Assembly (NCBI GenBank): GCA_051294375.1
Contig: CM119269.1
Coordinates: forward strand, 16,419,010 to 16,483,009
Length of the DNA: 64,000 nucleotides
Origin: Paraspadella gotoi
Taxonomy: Eukaryota > Animalia > Chaetognatha
Direction: 5' to 3'
Positions 11,600-23,110 of the stretch are shown piece by piece. The position numbers and the translations under genes are program-made. The notes below the pieces were generated by a model. It saw only the letters and a program-made list of their open reading frames with translations, did not search any database and had not been told where the DNA came from. Numbering within the stretch: the stretch's first letter is position 1; each line of letters opens with the position of its first letter.

Positions 11600-14500
11600 C
11601 TGAAATTGGCCATGAGGGCAAAGGCCGCCATGAGAAAGATGATGGATATGGAGTAACCGCAGCAGGCGAGGATCTTGATGTTGTTCAAATGGAAGGCCAC
11701 CTGGCGGGAAATGGCCCGTTTCAGCGAGGGAAACTACGTGGCATGTTTGTTTGTTTGTTTGTTTTTTATAATTTATAACTAAAAACGATTAGATTGAAAA
11801 AACAATATTGATAAAATAGAATTCGCCTTACCTTTTCTCCGTAGATGAGGAGGTCTTCGTGACATCGATCTGTCAGAACGAAATGGATTCGACTTTGAAT
11901 CAGATTCAAAACTGACGTCTTTCAGTTAGATTGACTCTCTCTCCGTCTCACTCTCGTCTCTCGACTTTTTACAAAAACCCCACGACCTCTCTCTCACCTT
12001 CGGATTTTCCGCCGGGACAAACGGTGCAGAGAGAGAAGTTGGTCCATCCGACTCCGTTGTCGTTGTTGTTGTTGTTGTTGTACTCGACCTCTGGATGATT
12101 GGCCCAGGTGCCGTTGTCTTGGCAAAGCCGACTCATGGAGCCTGAGGATATTAAAATTTAAATTATGTTCTTCAACGTCATCGCCAAGCCAGCAAGTCAT
12201 AATTACGGAATATTAAAATTAGTTTCATTATGAGACTTCTGTGCATAATCCCGTATTCAACACCATGTGAAGCTTGTGGATCTGGGGGGGGCAACCCTCC
12301 TTTGGGTTTTCCTGGGTCAATTTTTGACCACGAAATCGTATTTTGTTTTTTCACTCAACTGTTCCTTCTTTCTCATATTTTCTTTCTTTGTATCAAATCA
12401 TGTATTTTTCACTGCCACTGATGATAGACTGCAAAACAGGTCCGAAATATCTGGCAAATAAACATTTGGCTTATGCACAGAGATATCATAATGAAACTAA
12501 TTTTAATATTAATTAAAATTATGTTGTCGTTGAAGCGATATCAAATGCACAAATTGTCGTTTACGACGATTCTGCTTATCTTATTTGGTTGTTTTTAATT
12601 AATTTTATACTTTACGTTAATAGAGATTTGATAAATACTATACTTGTACAACTCACTGAGAATTGACAGAAAAATGAACTTCTCTATTATTTAGTGCATT
12701 TCTGCAAACATGTTTTAAATTTTTTTAAACAACGAAGGCAATTTTATAATTTTTATGCACAAAATTCTCTTCAAATTCACAAATTGAATTGGCGCTGAAG
12801 AAGACTCGTATGTGAGTCCAAACATGTCCGTTTCACTATGAAATAAAAATCGTTGTTAAATCTCTCTTCAAAACTTTGTTCTAAATCAAATCACAACGAA
12901 ACAGAAAGGAAAAAACACAATATACAAAAATATAAAAACCTCGACTCTCGACTTTTTAAACATAACAATTGATTTTGCAAACATCGGAACTCTAGCGACC
13001 ACGCCTCCCGCCGAGCGAAACCAAAACGACTCCATTGGGGGCGGGGGGCGGGATGGGGGAGAGCTTTGAGCTCGTTTGTCGACAACAGGTAATAAAGGCG
13101 ATGGAGGAGAAACCATGGCGACAACAAACAACGAGAAATAGAATGGAAAAGGAAAGAGGAAGAGTTAAAACAGCGGGAGTGATCAATGGAAGGTCAGAGT
13201 GGTAAGACTCACCGTAATCGCTGTCGAGCGGCAACTGCGATTTTCTTTGAAAGGCTGAATACAAAGAAATTAATAAAAAAATAATAATAAAAAAAAAATG
13301 GGTAATTGAGAATCATGAATCTTATTTGGTCAGTTGATCAATAGATCAAACAATCAATAGATCAACCAATCATTAACCAACCAAGCAACCAATCATGAAT
13401 CTTATTTGATCAGTTGATCAATAGATCAAACAATTAACCAAGCAATACATTATAAAATATTCAGCCAATAAATCAATCAAACAAACAAACAAACAAATCC
13501 ACCAAATCAATCAATAAATAAATTCAATCATTAAATCGATTGAAAAATTTAATCAATCAAATTGATATTTAGCTTACCTTTGAAATATTCTGGGCAATTA
13601 GCTTTGACGAGCCGATTGGGCGCCGATTGATTCCAGCAAGAGATCCCGTCGAATATTCCGGGACAAAAGCCTGGAGACACGAGGAGACGTTGAAATTTCA
13701 AAGCTCTGAATAAACCCAGTGGTTATTTTATTCCAAAGAAGTCCCAGTCATTTGTTGTTTCATAAAGAATTAAAAGTAGTATTCCTTCTGACGAGAAACG
13801 AAGCAAAAAAATGCAATGATAGAAGAAATTAACGTAGGAATTTTAAGCAATGTCCGTTACATTTTTTATTTAAGTATTCGAAACGTTTGACAACTCATCA
13901 CACTTACCCTTTTTTCGACTCTTCGTGTTGACCACTCTCTCTCTCTCTCTCTCTCTCTCGCTCTCTCGCTCTCTCGCTCTCTCTCTCTCCTCTCTCCCCT
14001 CTCCCTCTCTCTCTCTCGCTTTGACTTCCCCTCACAACAACTTCGAATCGAGTCAAATCGAGTCAAAAGACCATCTTTACTTTCTCTTACCCCTCTTTAT
14101 ATTCCTTACCAATCTCTTCTCTTTCTCTACTCCTCTTACCTCTCTTTACTATTCCTTAAAAAAAGGACGATTTCCAGCGACAAATCTGACGCGAATTAAA
14201 CTAATAATTAATTTTCTCTCTCACTCTCTCATCGGAGTGCCAAAAATGCGGAATTTTACAGATGGAAACATTGTAAGACCGGAGAGATATAAGCAAAGAT
14301 ACAGACCGAAAAGTGTCTCATTAAGTCTCGTCTCGCCTCGCGACGAAAAAGCCTCGCGACGACGAGAAGAGTCTCAACGGATAAGTTCTCATTCATCTTC
14401 CTTCGCCCCATTTGACCACAAGTTTTCTGTCCTCGTCAAACCGATTTCCCGCCATCTCGATAAATTGGATCGGGATCTCACTTCACCTGGAATGTGCGCG

Positions 14501-15116
14501 ACGCTCTGCACGCTCGCAATGCACAAGAGTCGTTCGATGTAGAGAATTCTGTTTTGAAGTTCCATGGTGTACTGAAAAATGTTTCTGGATGTTATACTTT
14601 TTATAAAAATAATAATATTAATAATAATGTATTATTATGAAAAATTGCAAGATTACATGTTTTACTATATTAGACTTTAAAAAAAATAGATGTAAAAATT
14701 TAATTTATTCACTATATAGATTTGATTTTTTTCTTTTTATAAAGTAATATTCTTTTTAATGTAATGGGAAGAAGGGATGTTAGTGTTGTCTTCTTTCTAA
14801 TTAGATGGAGCATCTGTACAAACTCTCGGTTAAAAATATACTTTCCTTTATTTTTCTATTAGATATTAGACATCATTCTTGTAAGAAGTCATTTATTGAA
14901 AATTCAAAATATCTAAAAGTCTGAACAGAAAGGGGTGGAGGGGATAATTTGTTATTGGATTAAGGTTATTTATGATTCGTTGTTTTTGAGGTTAAGACTA
15001 CAAATTTTTACATTCTTTGCTTTTGATTTAAACTTGATGTTTGAAAATATTTTCTATACATTTTTAACTGGCAGTTGACGATTGAATGAGGCCGTAATTT
15101 TTATTTTGAATATAAC

Positions 15117-15157
<41 letters not shown>

Positions 15158-15395
15158 CAATATTATCATTAGTCCTTCAAAACTTAAAAAGCTAAAACAT
15201 TTTTAACATTTTTTTTAATTATCTTACATTTTCGTAAGAGACGGAGAGAAGAGTCGTTGACTCCGGCGTCTCCGATAACGACGCCGACGTCTGCCCCGGC
15301 GCCGCCGCCGACGAATCCGGCGCCATTGATGAGTCGTTCGAATACGCGACGCACAGAGCGACGTTTATCGCGACGATGTGCAACAAGCGACGCAT
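11600..15395 (-). CDS. Class B1 (secretin-family) GPCR, calcitonin/CGRP/DH31-receptor-like; signal peptide, hormone-binding domain and TM1 only (partial)
   Basis: Phase-consistent exons 15395-15228, 14571-14487, 13670-13578, 13254-13213, 12141-11998, 11869-11832, 11700-11600. Translation contains MRRLLHIVAINVALCVAYS (signal), LLC...FCPGIFDGISCWNQSAPNRLVKANCPEYF...RLCQDNGTWANHPE...WTNFSLC (six conserved ECD Cys; W..HP....WTN matches calcitonin-receptor-family proteins) and CGYSISIIFLMAAFALMANFR (TM1), ending at a phase-2 donor. Confidence 0.88.
12209..12510. mobile_element. About 300-bp inverted-repeat-bounded element carrying a hammerhead (Penelope-like remnant or MITE)
   Basis: 40-bp arms 12209-12248 and 12471-12510 are reverse complements at about 36/40 positions. 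The hammerhead and AATAAA lie just inside the right arm. Confidence 0.7.
12413..12456 (+). ncRNA. Minimal type I hammerhead ribozyme motif (Penelope-like element type)
   Basis: TGCCA-CTGATGA(12418-24)-tagactg caaaa caggtcc-GAAA(12444-47)-ta-TC-TGGCA. Stem I is TGCCA/TGGCA, stem II is imperfect, the AUC cleavage triplet is present, and AATAAA follows at 12457-62. Confidence 0.7.
12791..12832 (+). ncRNA. Minimal type I hammerhead ribozyme motif with one core substitution
   Basis: GGCG-CTGAAGA(12795-801)-A-GACTC gtatgt GAGTC-CAAA(GAAA expected)-CATG-TC-CGTT. Stem II is perfect (5 bp), ACATGT is palindromic, the GUC triplet is present, and AATAAA follows at 12842-47. Confidence 0.65.
13311..13445. 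repeat. Tandem duplication, 80-bp period, within AATC-rich low-complexity intron
   Basis: AATCATGAATCTTATTTG.TCAGTTGATCAATAGATCAAACAAT starts at both 13311 and 13391. Confidence 0.85.
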
Positions 15396-15917
15396 TTTCT
15401 TTTTCAACAAATTGTTATTTTTTTATTAAAAATTTTTTTCACAAACTGGAAAAGAAAAGAGAAGATATGAAAGAAAATCCGGGTTGACGGTGACAAAGAA
15501 AGCGACGACGATAACGACGAAGAAGTGAGCGACGACAGCGAAGGAAAAAACGAATTCGATCGCAAAGACGAATTCGCCGCCGCTGTTGCTGCTATTGCTG
15601 CGAATGCAGACTTTAGTCTTCTTGTTGATGTTGTTATCGAGGATGTCTCGGAAGACAAGTTTTTGTATAAAAAAAAAGTTAAAACAGAAATATGTGAAAA
15701 ACGGAAGACGAAAAGGAAGGCGGCGACAACGAAGATGGCGACCACGAGAACGAAAACGACGACGATAAAAGAGACGACGTGAAGTTAAAGTGATTTTCTC
15801 GTCGCATCGCGTCGAGTCGCGTGAGAATGAGTGAACAAATTTGAAGAAGAAATAGAGAGAGGAGATAGAGTTGAATTTCGTTTCTCGTCGATCCTCCGAT
15901 CGTCAACGAACCCTTAC

Positions 15918-16011
15918 CCTCTTATGTCAGAGTGAGTGACCGATTTGGCGCCGATTCTCTGCCGTCCGATCCGGAAGGGGTCGTGAAGCCGACGGAATCA
16001 CAGAGGTGGCG
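15918..16011 (-). other. Putative non-coding 5' UTR exon of the GPCR gene
   Basis: 94-nt GC-rich block between a TTTTTTCAG acceptor and an AGG/GTAAGG donor on the minus strand. A strong acceptor at 15446-15448 precedes the ATG-containing exon. Confidence 0.45.
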
Positions 16012-16377
16012 CTGAAAAAAAGAGAGATTAAACCTGCATTTTTTGTTGCTCAAAGTTGATAAAAAAAAATTCGCTGAAGCCGAAAACCGACAGATCCAAA
16101 AGACCAAAACCGTCACCACCGCAGCTCTGTCCTTTTATTTAATAACACTTTTTACTAGCAGACATCTCATCCTCGACGGCACCCTATTTCACCAACACCA
16201 ACACCAACACCAACACCCCCCTCTGCCCCTAAGCCTGATACCCCCAGCAATTTCCCTCGATTCGGCCAAGAGGGTTTTCCGTCTTTTGTTTACGTTTCTG
16301 AGATCGAGTCGCGCGTTTGTTTACCAATTAGCGTCTCTGTTTGTCTTCGCGCGAGCCGAGAGAGGAGAGAGAGAGAT

Positions 16378-16427
<50 letters not shown>

Positions 16428-17500
16428 GGAGATGAGAGATGGAGAGAGAGAGAGAGAGAGAGAGAGACATTGATATTGATGAACTCAAGTTGGAACTATG
16501 AACGAGTATTGCGGCCTATCAGAAAATAGGGCCCGTACTCGTTATGTAATATGTATTGTAAGTTTATATATATAACACAAGTAAATATGAGCACAAAAGC
16601 AAATGCTCTTTGGTCGGCGCCTCACCCAAATTTTAAAGTGAGATGATTTGACTATTATAGCCGAGAAAACTGACGGAGACCGAGACAGAAAAGGTTCCGG
16701 ACCGACGAATGTGGCGTCCGGCCATGACCGATTTGGTGAGTTGTAAACGTCGCAGAGGTAGCATGTCATGGTTGATTAATGACCACCAATTGATCTGAGG
16801 CCAAAACAAATTAGCAAAGGCCTTTTAAAAAATTTGGGCATTTTGTTAAGGGACTGCCTTTGATTCCCAGGTCTAGGAGTCGGGGCCTTCGGAATCCGTA
16901 ATCGTCACCGAAGTTTGACGCAATCGAGTCAATTCACACATTCTCCTGAGAGGGAAACGAAACGCCGATAAATTGGTTTTGTTAGCGAGATTAACTGGGA
17001 GTCAAATCTAGATCCATGGATGGGACAGTAGCGCCGAAAACGCCTCTTCTTCATTTAAACGTCCTTACGTTTATAACCTTTGTTCTTTACGTAGTGACCA
17101 AACGGAGTTCGGCCTTTGCTTTCCTTATTTTTAACTTAAAACTCTTAATGATTAATTCCCTTTTTTTCTTTCTTTTAGTTTATTATTTTTTCCCCCCTTT
17201 TTTTAGCTTTTTTCTCCCGTCCTCTATCTTTCCTTTTCTGATTGAAATCTCTTTCTGTCTCAATGAATTCGATGACAACGCCATCTCTTTTTACGCTTAC
17301 GATGCCCGGCTCGCTTACCAACGCGATTGTTTGATCAAAGGATGACATTTTTTTTTTTGAAAGGTTTTATTTTATTTTCTTGAAGTTGTTGTACTTTTCG
17401 TCCAAAAATCCACGGGGACAATTCGGTCACATAGACGAGGCGGGCGTTTAATTCATGAAAAATTGAGAAGAATGTGAGAAAAGGATGGAGTGAGGGAGGG

Positions 17501-17547
<47 letters not shown>

Positions 17548-18522
17548 TTTTTTTGGAGAGAAAAAAATCTTAGCGGATCATTTATCAAGACAAGAAGTAT
17601 TTTTTTAAAAATAAAGATGTTCTCCAAAGTCCAACTCTTTTAATTTGTAATAAATGTAGCACGAGTTTTAAACGATCGAGTTACTTGGCCGAGCAGGCTC
17701 GATAAAAGACAGCGATATAAAAAAAGATAGAATAGTCGAAAAGTCTTACATGTACAGCGTTGAGGGGAACACTTCAGTTCATTTTTTCTCTCAAGTTTGT
17801 TAAAATTTCTGAACACGTTTTTAACGAAAGTTTAAAAAAATTAATAAATATTACGCGGAATGTGGCAAATTTCTTTTTTTTTAAATCGAAAGGTCGTAAA
17901 GATACAAGGGAGAGCGCGGCGAGGCTCTCCGCCCAGTTTGATTTTTTTTTTTTTTTTTGCGATTAGACCTCGAAGAAAAGCGGTTTTATTCCGGTCGAGT
18001 CGTAGGTGGTGGGTGAGGACCAGAGAAGAGATAGAGGAGAGAGAGAGAGAGAGCAGAGAGAGAGAGAGAGATGATGAGAGAGAGGAAGAGATGGAGAGAG
18101 AGGAAGAGAGGAGAGAAGAGAAATAGCTGACTCGGTCCTTCCTCTCATCCGCTGTCTATCAGGAATCGATCTAAAAAGATATGCTTTGCAAATTTATTTC
18201 GGTATGATATTTTTGTCCATTTGCATCGCTGTCTCTCTCTCCTCATTCTCCTCGTCGTCTCTCTTCTCTCTCTCTCGTTCGGTCTCTCTGTCTCCTCTCG
18301 TTCTCCTCTCTCTCTCTCCACGTGGTTTCCTCTCTCTCTCTCCCGTCCCTTCACTCTCCTGCGCGTCCTCTTTCGCCCTCTCTCTCAGATCTGTTTCAAA
18401 AATAATTTTTATTTTGAAAATCCCGAGGAGAAGAGAGTGAACTTCCGGCCACCGCTGGGAGAAGAGAGAGAGAGAGGAGAGAGAGTGAAGAGGAGGGAGA
18501 GAGAGAGAGATGAGAGAGAGAG

Positions 18523-18566
<44 letters not shown>

Positions 18567-18627
18567 GAGAGAGAGAGATGAGAGAGAGAGAGAGCGAGAG
18601 AGCAGACGAGAGAAGAGAGAGGAGAGA

Positions 18628-18652
18628 NNNNNNNNNNNNNNNNNNNNNNNNN
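18628..18652. other. Assembly gap (25 N); identical-size gaps at 30323-30347, 36560-36584 and 49261-49285
   Basis: N runs, each exactly 25 nt. Confidence 0.99.
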
Positions 18653-21600
18653 GATATATATATACCTTCAAAGCGATTGGTTGAAACGAGCTCGATTTTA
18701 TTACGTTTGGATTTAACGAGTTCGGCTTTTACGAGTTCGTATTCTACGAGTTTGAAATTACCGAACCTTATATTATCGAGAACACATATTTATTAAAATT
18801 TACAACATTTAATACAAATAAAACGCTGGCGTGATGCCAAACCGAAGCTCAAGACGTCTCACGATAGCATTGCCGCAATCCACGACAGTATTGCCAAAAC
18901 CTCATACAGAATTGCCCCAACCCATGATTTCGTGGCACCACCAAAAATGGCACGCAATCGAGGCCCGTTGCAACATCCGGGTGATCGATTCCACATTCCA
19001 GTTGATATTTTCATTCTCGTCCTATCAATAATTTAATTATGTTATTTAATGAAGTCTGACAGAATATATTTGGTTGCGCTGCTAAGCCGTTCCCTCCTTA
19101 CGCCGTTAACCCCCCCCCTCCCCCCAAACTCGTTTTCCCCTGACGAGTAACGCCAAGAAACTTTCTCCTCTCTTCTCTCGTCGTCAGGCTTTGATTGCGC
19201 CATCTTTTGGCCAACTTAGAATAATGCCCATGTGCCATATCACCTTATTACCCTTTTTTTTCTTATTGTCCAAATTATTTTTTATCTCATCTCATTCACA
19301 ATTTTTGTGATTCTCTTCTTTATGTTCATACTTGAGAAATTCAATTTTCTTCGTGTCAATTAATCTCATCTCTATTGTCGTCGTTCTATTCTCCTGCGCT
19401 CCTTCTGTGTTGGCCTCGTGCTCTCCTATCTCAAAAATTACTCCTTTGCTTCTCTTCTCTCTCTCTGCCTCTCATCTCTTCATTCTACAATTATCACTTA
19501 CTCTTACGAATCATATCTTTATATTTCTCTCTATTCGTCTCTCTATACCGTTCTGTACTCTCTCTCCATTCTTGTAACTTCTCTTCATAGCTTTCGAGCT
19601 TCCCTCTTTCTTTCCCTTTCGACCCGGTTTTGATTATCGAGTTGTCAAAAACCTTTTTGTTCTCATACAGCAAAGAAGCCCCGTCGTCAAAAATGAAAAA
19701 GAAAAAACGACAACGAAAAAATATGAAAGGGCGGGAAAATACTCTCGAGCGAGAAAATCTTTAAAGAGTCAACTAGAATTTCTTTATAATTTTGAATAGG
19801 ATTATTATCATTATAGAATGAAAAACGAAGTCACAGGATCCAACATTTGAGGGTCATGATTCTAGACTCGTGTCGCCACGAATCATCGCTTGTGATATTT
19901 AATAGAATCATCCACTCCGGGTTCAATTCCCCAACCCAACCGACCTCTCAACATCTTCGTCCGCCTTGGCCCTCTACACTAAGTGTGTATGCCTGGGCTT
20001 CTCGACGTCTTTTGCCATAAATGCAGTTCCCATGTTGGTGCCTCTGTCCCCAGCGCCTGCTCACTGCCTTGCTCCCCTTTCCTGCATCGTTTCACTGATC
20101 TCACCTTCATCCACGTCAAAGTGCGGCTTGAGGTCATCATCAATGCTATATCACGCTTGTTATGCTCACCTCTCTTGCAATCGGAGAGTACGATTCACCG
20201 CTAGCATGTGAACTATTCGAGATTATGCACACCGCCCAATCTCCCCATCACTGTAATTTTCAGAATACACAAAACGATTAGCGCATATCACCGCCAATCA
20301 GCGCCAACCTGTCCGCATTTCACCCCGGCAGGACGCCCGATCTGCGATCTGACCTTCGGCCTTCAGAATCAGGCAAGCGTTTAACGTTATACAGACACTT
20401 TTTCCTTCGTCTCGAGAGAGATACATTACTTGCTCTTCTTTAATTTCTCAGCTTCATTTCGTTATCTCTTCTTCTCAATCTTTCACGTTCTCTCATCAAA
20501 TTATTTCTCTCTGCTCTCGACTCTGATTCTCTTCTGCCTTACTCTCTCATTATTCTTTTCTTATCATACGTCTAAAAGCACTCTCCCGTCAAATACAATG
20601 TGCTCTGCTCTTTCTCCTCTTACCCTGTTCTCTTCTCTCTCTCTCTCCTTCAGTATTCTAATGCAGCCCTCTGCCGCCCTTATGTTCATACTCTTAATAT
20701 ACACCTCGTCTCAGTGCGGCTTTGTCTGGCTCTTTCTTTTTACTGTCTCGGGTCCTAAATTTTTGTGTCCCACATAGTTCTTCTCATACTAACGTCATCA
20801 CTGAATTATACTGCGGAACGTGTTACGACGCGCACTGCGACCGCCAGCGGTTCACACACGGTGAAAGAGCGGGCTGCGGCGGGCGTCAGTCGCTAATATT
20901 TTTGCTACAAATAGTTTTGAAGCAGATATCCGCTAGCTCCGCGTGACATATTTGGTTTAACTGTGCACGATTTATTTCCGCGTTCGTTCTGTGTCCTGCG
21001 ATTTATTCGATTCGTATAAACTAGATGCCTTCTTCACTACATAGATTCCGAACCTTGAAGCATACGCCGTCGCGGACGGGGGCCAAGCCTAGACGCATTG
21101 TCGACAGCACGCAGGGCCGACGACTTGCATCGTAGCGTAAGCACATTTTTTACTGCGGTTTTCGGGCTGTATGACCGGTGAAAACTCAAAACGAAATAAG
21201 ACGATTGTGGCGGGCGAAATTCTTTTTTCGGCCTCGGCGTGCCAGCTGGAGTGTGAACCCGTGGGCGTTTATGCTTTCACTCGCGTCGCTTTTATACGGG
21301 GCGAAGGCTTTCGAATGAAGGGGGGGCCGTTAAGGGCGGGTAGTCCCTGGGTATCGGTGCCATCTCGTCCTTTAGTCGTCCTCCGCGAGCGTTATACTCT
21401 GTGTACTTCGCGACTCGCGTCCCGCGGTCTGGTCGCTCAGTGATCTTGGGCCTGCTGCCTCGTCCATTCGTGCCTGATCCGTGGTCTCTCCTGCTTTCGG
21501 GTCCGCTCGTTATGTCGTCTGATACGTGACCGCGTGTCCTCTGGTCCGTTGCCCCTCTTGGCTCGGAGATGCGGACTTCATGTGCTCTCTGGAATCTCAC

Positions 21601-22440
21601 ATGACCTCTCTCTTGTCCACGGCCTGTCATGTCGATCTGCCGCTCTCATCTCGCGGCTCATCCGGTGATCTCCTCTCTTCGGATCGGCTGGCTCTCGCTT
21701 GTGCCTCCTCGCTCTCTCGTCTTATCTTCTCTCTCTCTCTCTCTCTCCTCCTCCATCTGCTCGTCTCTCTCTCTGTCTCTCTCTGTCTCTTTCTCTCGTC
21801 TCTTTTGCTCTCAGTCTCGTCTTCTCTTCTCTCTGCCTCTCGTCAAATCTCAAATCGAATGTTCGAGCATCATTTTGGCCATTTTCTTTTTTTCCGATCG
21901 AGCCTTTGAAGAAATCATCGCGCGTCGCTCTCGTTCAAATTGAATTCCGAAAATAAGTGAGTCGACTAATGGTTACTGATTATTCGTCCTACAAAACTTC
22001 AAAAGCGAATTCTCAGATTGTTCATTGCCTATTTGAATTCTTTACAAATCATACTTCGTATGTAGCAAATACCTAAAATGGCAAAAAAAATAACGTCTAA
22101 TTTAAAACAAGATTAGTCCATAAATGGCGTAGAGAATTTCAGTGATAAACTCAACAATAGTTATAGAACGAGCCGGTATTGTTTACAATGAAACATTGAG
22201 AATTAATATTATTAATATTTTATAATATTAAAATGAATCGAAGTCTTTCTAAAAGAGAAATATTTGTTGCAGAAGAGAAGAAAAGAATTTTTCAAATATC
22301 CATTTTCGTATTTTTTATTTTAACTTTGAATAAAAATTGATTTTGATCTGATTTATCTCTTTCGCTTTCGGATTCTTTTTCAAAATCCGGATTTCTCCAA
22401 AAATGGGCGGGCGGCGGTTATCTTCTACGCGTAAGAAAAA

Positions 22441-23110
22441 TTGTTTATCATTTTACGGGAGACAAATTTGTTCCCCAAACACAAAAAAAACTCTTTGTTC
22501 TTTGAAAAAAAAAGTTTCCTCTTTTTTTTCGTGGTTTTTTTTTTCTTTTCTTCTTCTTATATTATTTATTTATTTCTTATTATTTCTTTTTTCCTTTATT
22601 TTTTTTATCTCTTACTTCTTTCTATCTTTCCGTTCTCTCTTTCTGCTCTTTTCTTTCTTTTTTCTTTCTTTCTTTTCTTTCTTTCTCTTTTCTTCTTTCT
22701 TCTTTCCTTCTTATGTCTTGCCTTTCTTTCTTTCTTTTTTTGCTTTCTTTTCTTCTTTCTTTTGCGATTTCTTCTTTCTTATCTTTCTCTTATCCTTTTG
22801 CTTTGCTTTTGGGCTCCGTTTCCTGTGTTACCATTATCCCTGCCTTGTCCCTGTCTTGTCATATAAATTTTTTGGTCTTTCTTTGACTATTTCTTCTTGT
22901 TCTCTCCCGCCTCTGCCTTGGTTATGGTTCCCGGCTAGAGTTTCTTTTTCGTATTTTCCTCCTAGGTGAAAGCATTATATAGACGTTTAAAAGTTAAAAA
23001 AGCCATTGCAGGTTATTACACTACCTTTGGTACTACTCTTTTCCCTAGGGTTATAAACAATTTCCTCTCCACTGCATTACAAAAGTGGACCTTGAGCGTT
23101 TTTGTTGTAA
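22441..23110. repeat. Indel-rich copy of the sequence starting right after the gap at 30348
   Basis: GTTTATCATTTTACG...AAATTTGTTCCCCAAACACAAAAAA...CTCTTTGTTCTTTGAAAAAA occurs at both 22443 and 30348. 23030-23090 matches 30771-30820, and similarity decays further on. Confidence 0.8.
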
